DNA of 64,000 nucleotides from a virus (Duplodnaviria; Caudoviricetes): IMG/VR virus record IMGVR_UViG_3300005259_000074, positions 128,001 to 192,000 of that record; one strand, 5' to 3'. Shown piece by piece: positions 61,762 to 64,000 of this stretch (position 1 is its first letter; each line of letters starts with the position of its first letter). The notes under the pieces were generated by a model. It saw only the letters and a program-made list of their open reading frames with translations, ran no database searches and was not told where the DNA came from. The position numbers and the translations under genes were made by a program.

Positions 61762-62519
61762 GTCAGTTTGTGTTTCCTTTTGAATACAATCATATTTTCT
61801 TCTTGCATCCGTCTGACTTCTTCTTCACCAAACACAGATTTGAAAGTTGTTCGATGGTGATGTAGTACATACGATGATGGAACAAAAGCTATTTTTCGTC
61901 CAACTTTCGTCATTCTAGCGCAAAAATCATCATCATCTCCCAATCCGCTCTTGAACACTTCGTCTAGCATGCCGAGTTCGTTGAACACTCCTCTGTCGAA
62001 CATAGTGCAGAAAAACGCTACCATAGATACTCGGCGGATTACGTCGTCGTAACGTTCTTTTAACACTCCAGATGCCGAGTCAATTGACATTCTAGATAGG
62101 TCTGGTATGTCTTTGAACATGTTGTTCTTGACATTCTGCCATCCTTGCCAGCTTCCCGATGTATTCGTCATCGGTCCGCTCGCGCTGTAACCTGTCGACA
62201 GAGGTTTTTTCAGCCTGTCCATCCACCCCGGAGTGACTTCGGTGTCGTTGTTCTGCAGCACCAAGTACTCAGAATCTCCAGCTGATATCCCTATGTTAGT
62301 CGCTTTGACGAAACCTAAATTCTTCTCCAACCAAATTGAGACGTAGTCGTGTCTAATTATTTCAGCTAATACCGTCTTTCGAGATTCTTCAGAAGAACCG
62401 TTGTCAACCCACACTATGCGGTAATCATCTTTCGGTGTGTGCTTTCTGATGCTTTCTAAGCACTTGACGGTGAAGTTCTCTTGGTTGAAAGTTGGAATGA
62501 CGATGTCCGTCTTCATCAC
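61758..62519 (-). CDS. Glycosyltransferase family 2
   Basis: IVIPTFN, VDNGS, NLGFVKATNIG, QNNDTEV and GDDDDF motifs. Confidence 0.9.
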   Translation of the reverse strand: MMKTDIVIPTFNQENFTVKCLESIRKHTPKDDYRIVWVDNGSSEESRKTVLAEIIRHDYVSIWLEKNLGFVKATNIGISAGDSEYLVLQNNDTEVTPGWMDRLKKPLSTGYSASGPMTNTSGSWQGWQNVKNNMFKDIPDLSRMSIDSASGVLKERYDDVIRRVSMVAFFCTMFDRGVFNELGMLDEVFKSGLGDDDDFCARMTKVGRKIAFVPSSYVLHHHRTTFKSVFGEEEVRRMQEENMIVFKRKHKLT

Positions 62520-63655
62520 TTTCCACCATGTTTCTTTTTCACCGCGTTAGAAGCTTCCTGCCACGATATGCTGTTCTTCGTGATGCCATCTTCTCGATCA
62601 AGAGCAGTGAATAAGTATTCGTCTATCCACCGTCCAGTCTTTCCTCGTTCATTCATTGTCAAGAACATGTCCCAATCTTGGAGCCTCTTTAAATTCTCGT
62701 CGAATTCGACTAAGTCTCTAGCCTTCACCAGCGACATTGTAGAGCAGAAGTTCTTCTTTTTAAGGATAGATGGATCAAACTCAAAGAACTTATGACGCTT
62801 GTTCCCTACTTTGAAATTGCAATACACCCATGAATCTTCTGGATGATCATGCATAGTTTGCACCATCTTCGCGAAAATCGTTTGGTTTAACTTCACATCT
62901 GAGTCACAGAAAAATACAAATTCTCCTTTAGCTAACTTAATTCCAGCATTTCTCGCAGCTGATGCACCCTTGTTAGTCCCCATCGACACAGAGACTTTTA
63001 AACCATGCTGTTCTAACACTTCATCCAACCTGTCTCTGTCAGAAGAACCATCATCTACTACAATTATTTCGAAATGGTTGTACAGCTGACTCTTCAGAGA
63101 ATTCAGTGTGTCAGCGATGAAAGAACTAGAATTGAAACACGGTATGACTACAGATATGAGGCCGGGAGAGAATGTCTTATCATCATTTAGTGATTTCAAT
63201 TCATCCTTCTTTTGAGATTCTATCTTTTCGTATGTGAACGCACAGTAAAGTTCGCCGTTCTTGATATTTCCATTTACAAACATTACTTCTGAAGAATGTG
63301 TGCGAGTTCCCCACTTACAAGTCACAGACGAACCTATGACACCGTTGCTTGTCGTGATCTTGATGAAGTACTTATCCCCTAGTCTCAACGAAGAGTTACA
63401 CTGGAACTTGGTGAACGCGTTGTCGACAAAGGCGTTTCCAGATGCGTTCTTGATAAAGACTCGTTTATTGTCGATGTCCAGTATCTCGACAATGATGTTG
63501 GCTGCGATCCACTTCTTCTTAAAAGTCGCAAAATTGACTGACAGTGTTTTAAGTTTGTCGCCGATCGCTGTGAAAGATTGCAACACAGCCCCTCCTGTCA
63601 CTAGCTCACCGGTTGTGCCGGAGGCGCCCCCATAGACCTCTTCATTAACTTGCAT
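62516..63655 (-). CDS. Glycosyltransferase family 2 with N-terminal beta domain
   Basis: SVVIPCFN, VVDDGSSD, GASAARNAG, FCDSD and QDWDMF motifs. Confidence 0.9.
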   Translation of the reverse strand: MQVNEEVYGGASGTTGELVTGGAVLQSFTAIGDKLKTLSVNFATFKKKWIAANIIVEILDIDNKRVFIKNASGNAFVDNAFTKFQCNSSLRLGDKYFIKITTSNGVIGSSVTCKWGTRTHSSEVMFVNGNIKNGELYCAFTYEKIESQKKDELKSLNDDKTFSPGLISVVIPCFNSSSFIADTLNSLKSQLYNHFEIIVVDDGSSDRDRLDEVLEQHGLKVSVSMGTNKGASAARNAGIKLAKGEFVFFCDSDVKLNQTIFAKMVQTMHDHPEDSWVYCNFKVGNKRHKFFEFDPSILKKKNFCSTMSLVKARDLVEFDENLKRLQDWDMFLTMNERGKTGRWIDEYLFTALDREDGITKNSISWQEASNAVKKKHGGK

Positions 63656-63661
63656 TTTCTC

Positions 63662-64000
63662 TCACTTTGTCAATTTCATTTCCATCAGCGCCCTCGCCCC
63701 ATTGAACACTCTAGACTCGAGGAACTTTGAGTCACTAAAGAACAGATTGTCCTTTTGATTGATGACGTATTCGTTCACATCTTTCTCGACTATGCCTCTC
63801 GGCCAGATGAACACTTTCTGCTTGATGTGGTTCTTACATATCTTCTCGAGTTCTTCTCTAGCTGCGGAGTCGACCCAATTGTTGTCCAACATTATGACAG
63901 GGGTGCATAATTTCTTCGAGAGTAAGTCGACTTGCTTATCTGTTAGTGTCACTCCACCCACGGCGACTCCATTCTTCACCCATACTGCATCTAGAGCTCC
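63662..64000 (-). CDS. DNA primase, C-terminal Toprim part (5' partial)
   Basis: GALDA...GVAVGG...LDNNWVD...FIWP...EKDVNE; frame open to the window edge. Confidence 0.75.
   Translation of the reverse strand, partial: GALDAVWVKNGVAVGGVTLTDKQVDLLSKKLCTPVIMLDNNWVDSAAREELEKICKNHIKQKVFIWPRGIVEKDVNEYVINQKDNLFFSDSKFLESRVFNGARALMEMKLTK

Noticed and set aside
1-64000. CRISPR array, rRNA, reverse transcriptase/DGR, transposase or integrase
   Set aside because: No regularly spaced repeat-spacer units and no recognisable motifs of these elements were seen
1-64000. Genome-wide stop-codon reassignment
   Set aside because: Long genes are intact under the standard code, and TGA, TAA and TAG all end genes at tight junctions; only one internal TGA was noticed (49224)

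Overview
This is a 64-kb segment of a large T4-like (myovirus-type, probably jumbo) dsDNA phage genome. From left to right: (1) 0-28 kb (+), a late baseplate/tail module with gp5-like, PAAR-like, gp25, gp6, three paralogous large fibre-like proteins, tail collar and fibre chaperone, poly-Ser proteins and an embedded glycosyltransferase cluster, with TATAAATA-type late promoters. (2) 28-41.9 kb, accessory and early genes: amidoligase, a VWA-metallopeptidase and MoxR-like AAA pair, ThyX, KamA and a GFVSNSS paralogue trio. (3) 41.9-47.5 kb (-), an array of about 23 linear tRNA genes, many of them non-canonical, interleaved with small proteins and structured non-coding RNAs. (4) 47.8-57.7 kb (+), early small genes, a sigma70, a phosphoesterase and a C26 hydrolase. 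(5) 57.7-64 kb (-), small genes, a second glycosylation cluster and a partial primase. The most unusual signals are three consecutive circularly permuted tRNA-like modules with an Ala-type microhelix between two of them, about 20-24 otherwise dissimilar small proteins sharing a C-terminal [LIM]-[ED]-x-[ILV] tail, and several orphan antitoxin fragments (HicB-, BrnA- and HigA-like) lacking DNA-binding domains. All calls come from manual motif recognition and hand base-pairing; no database searches were run.
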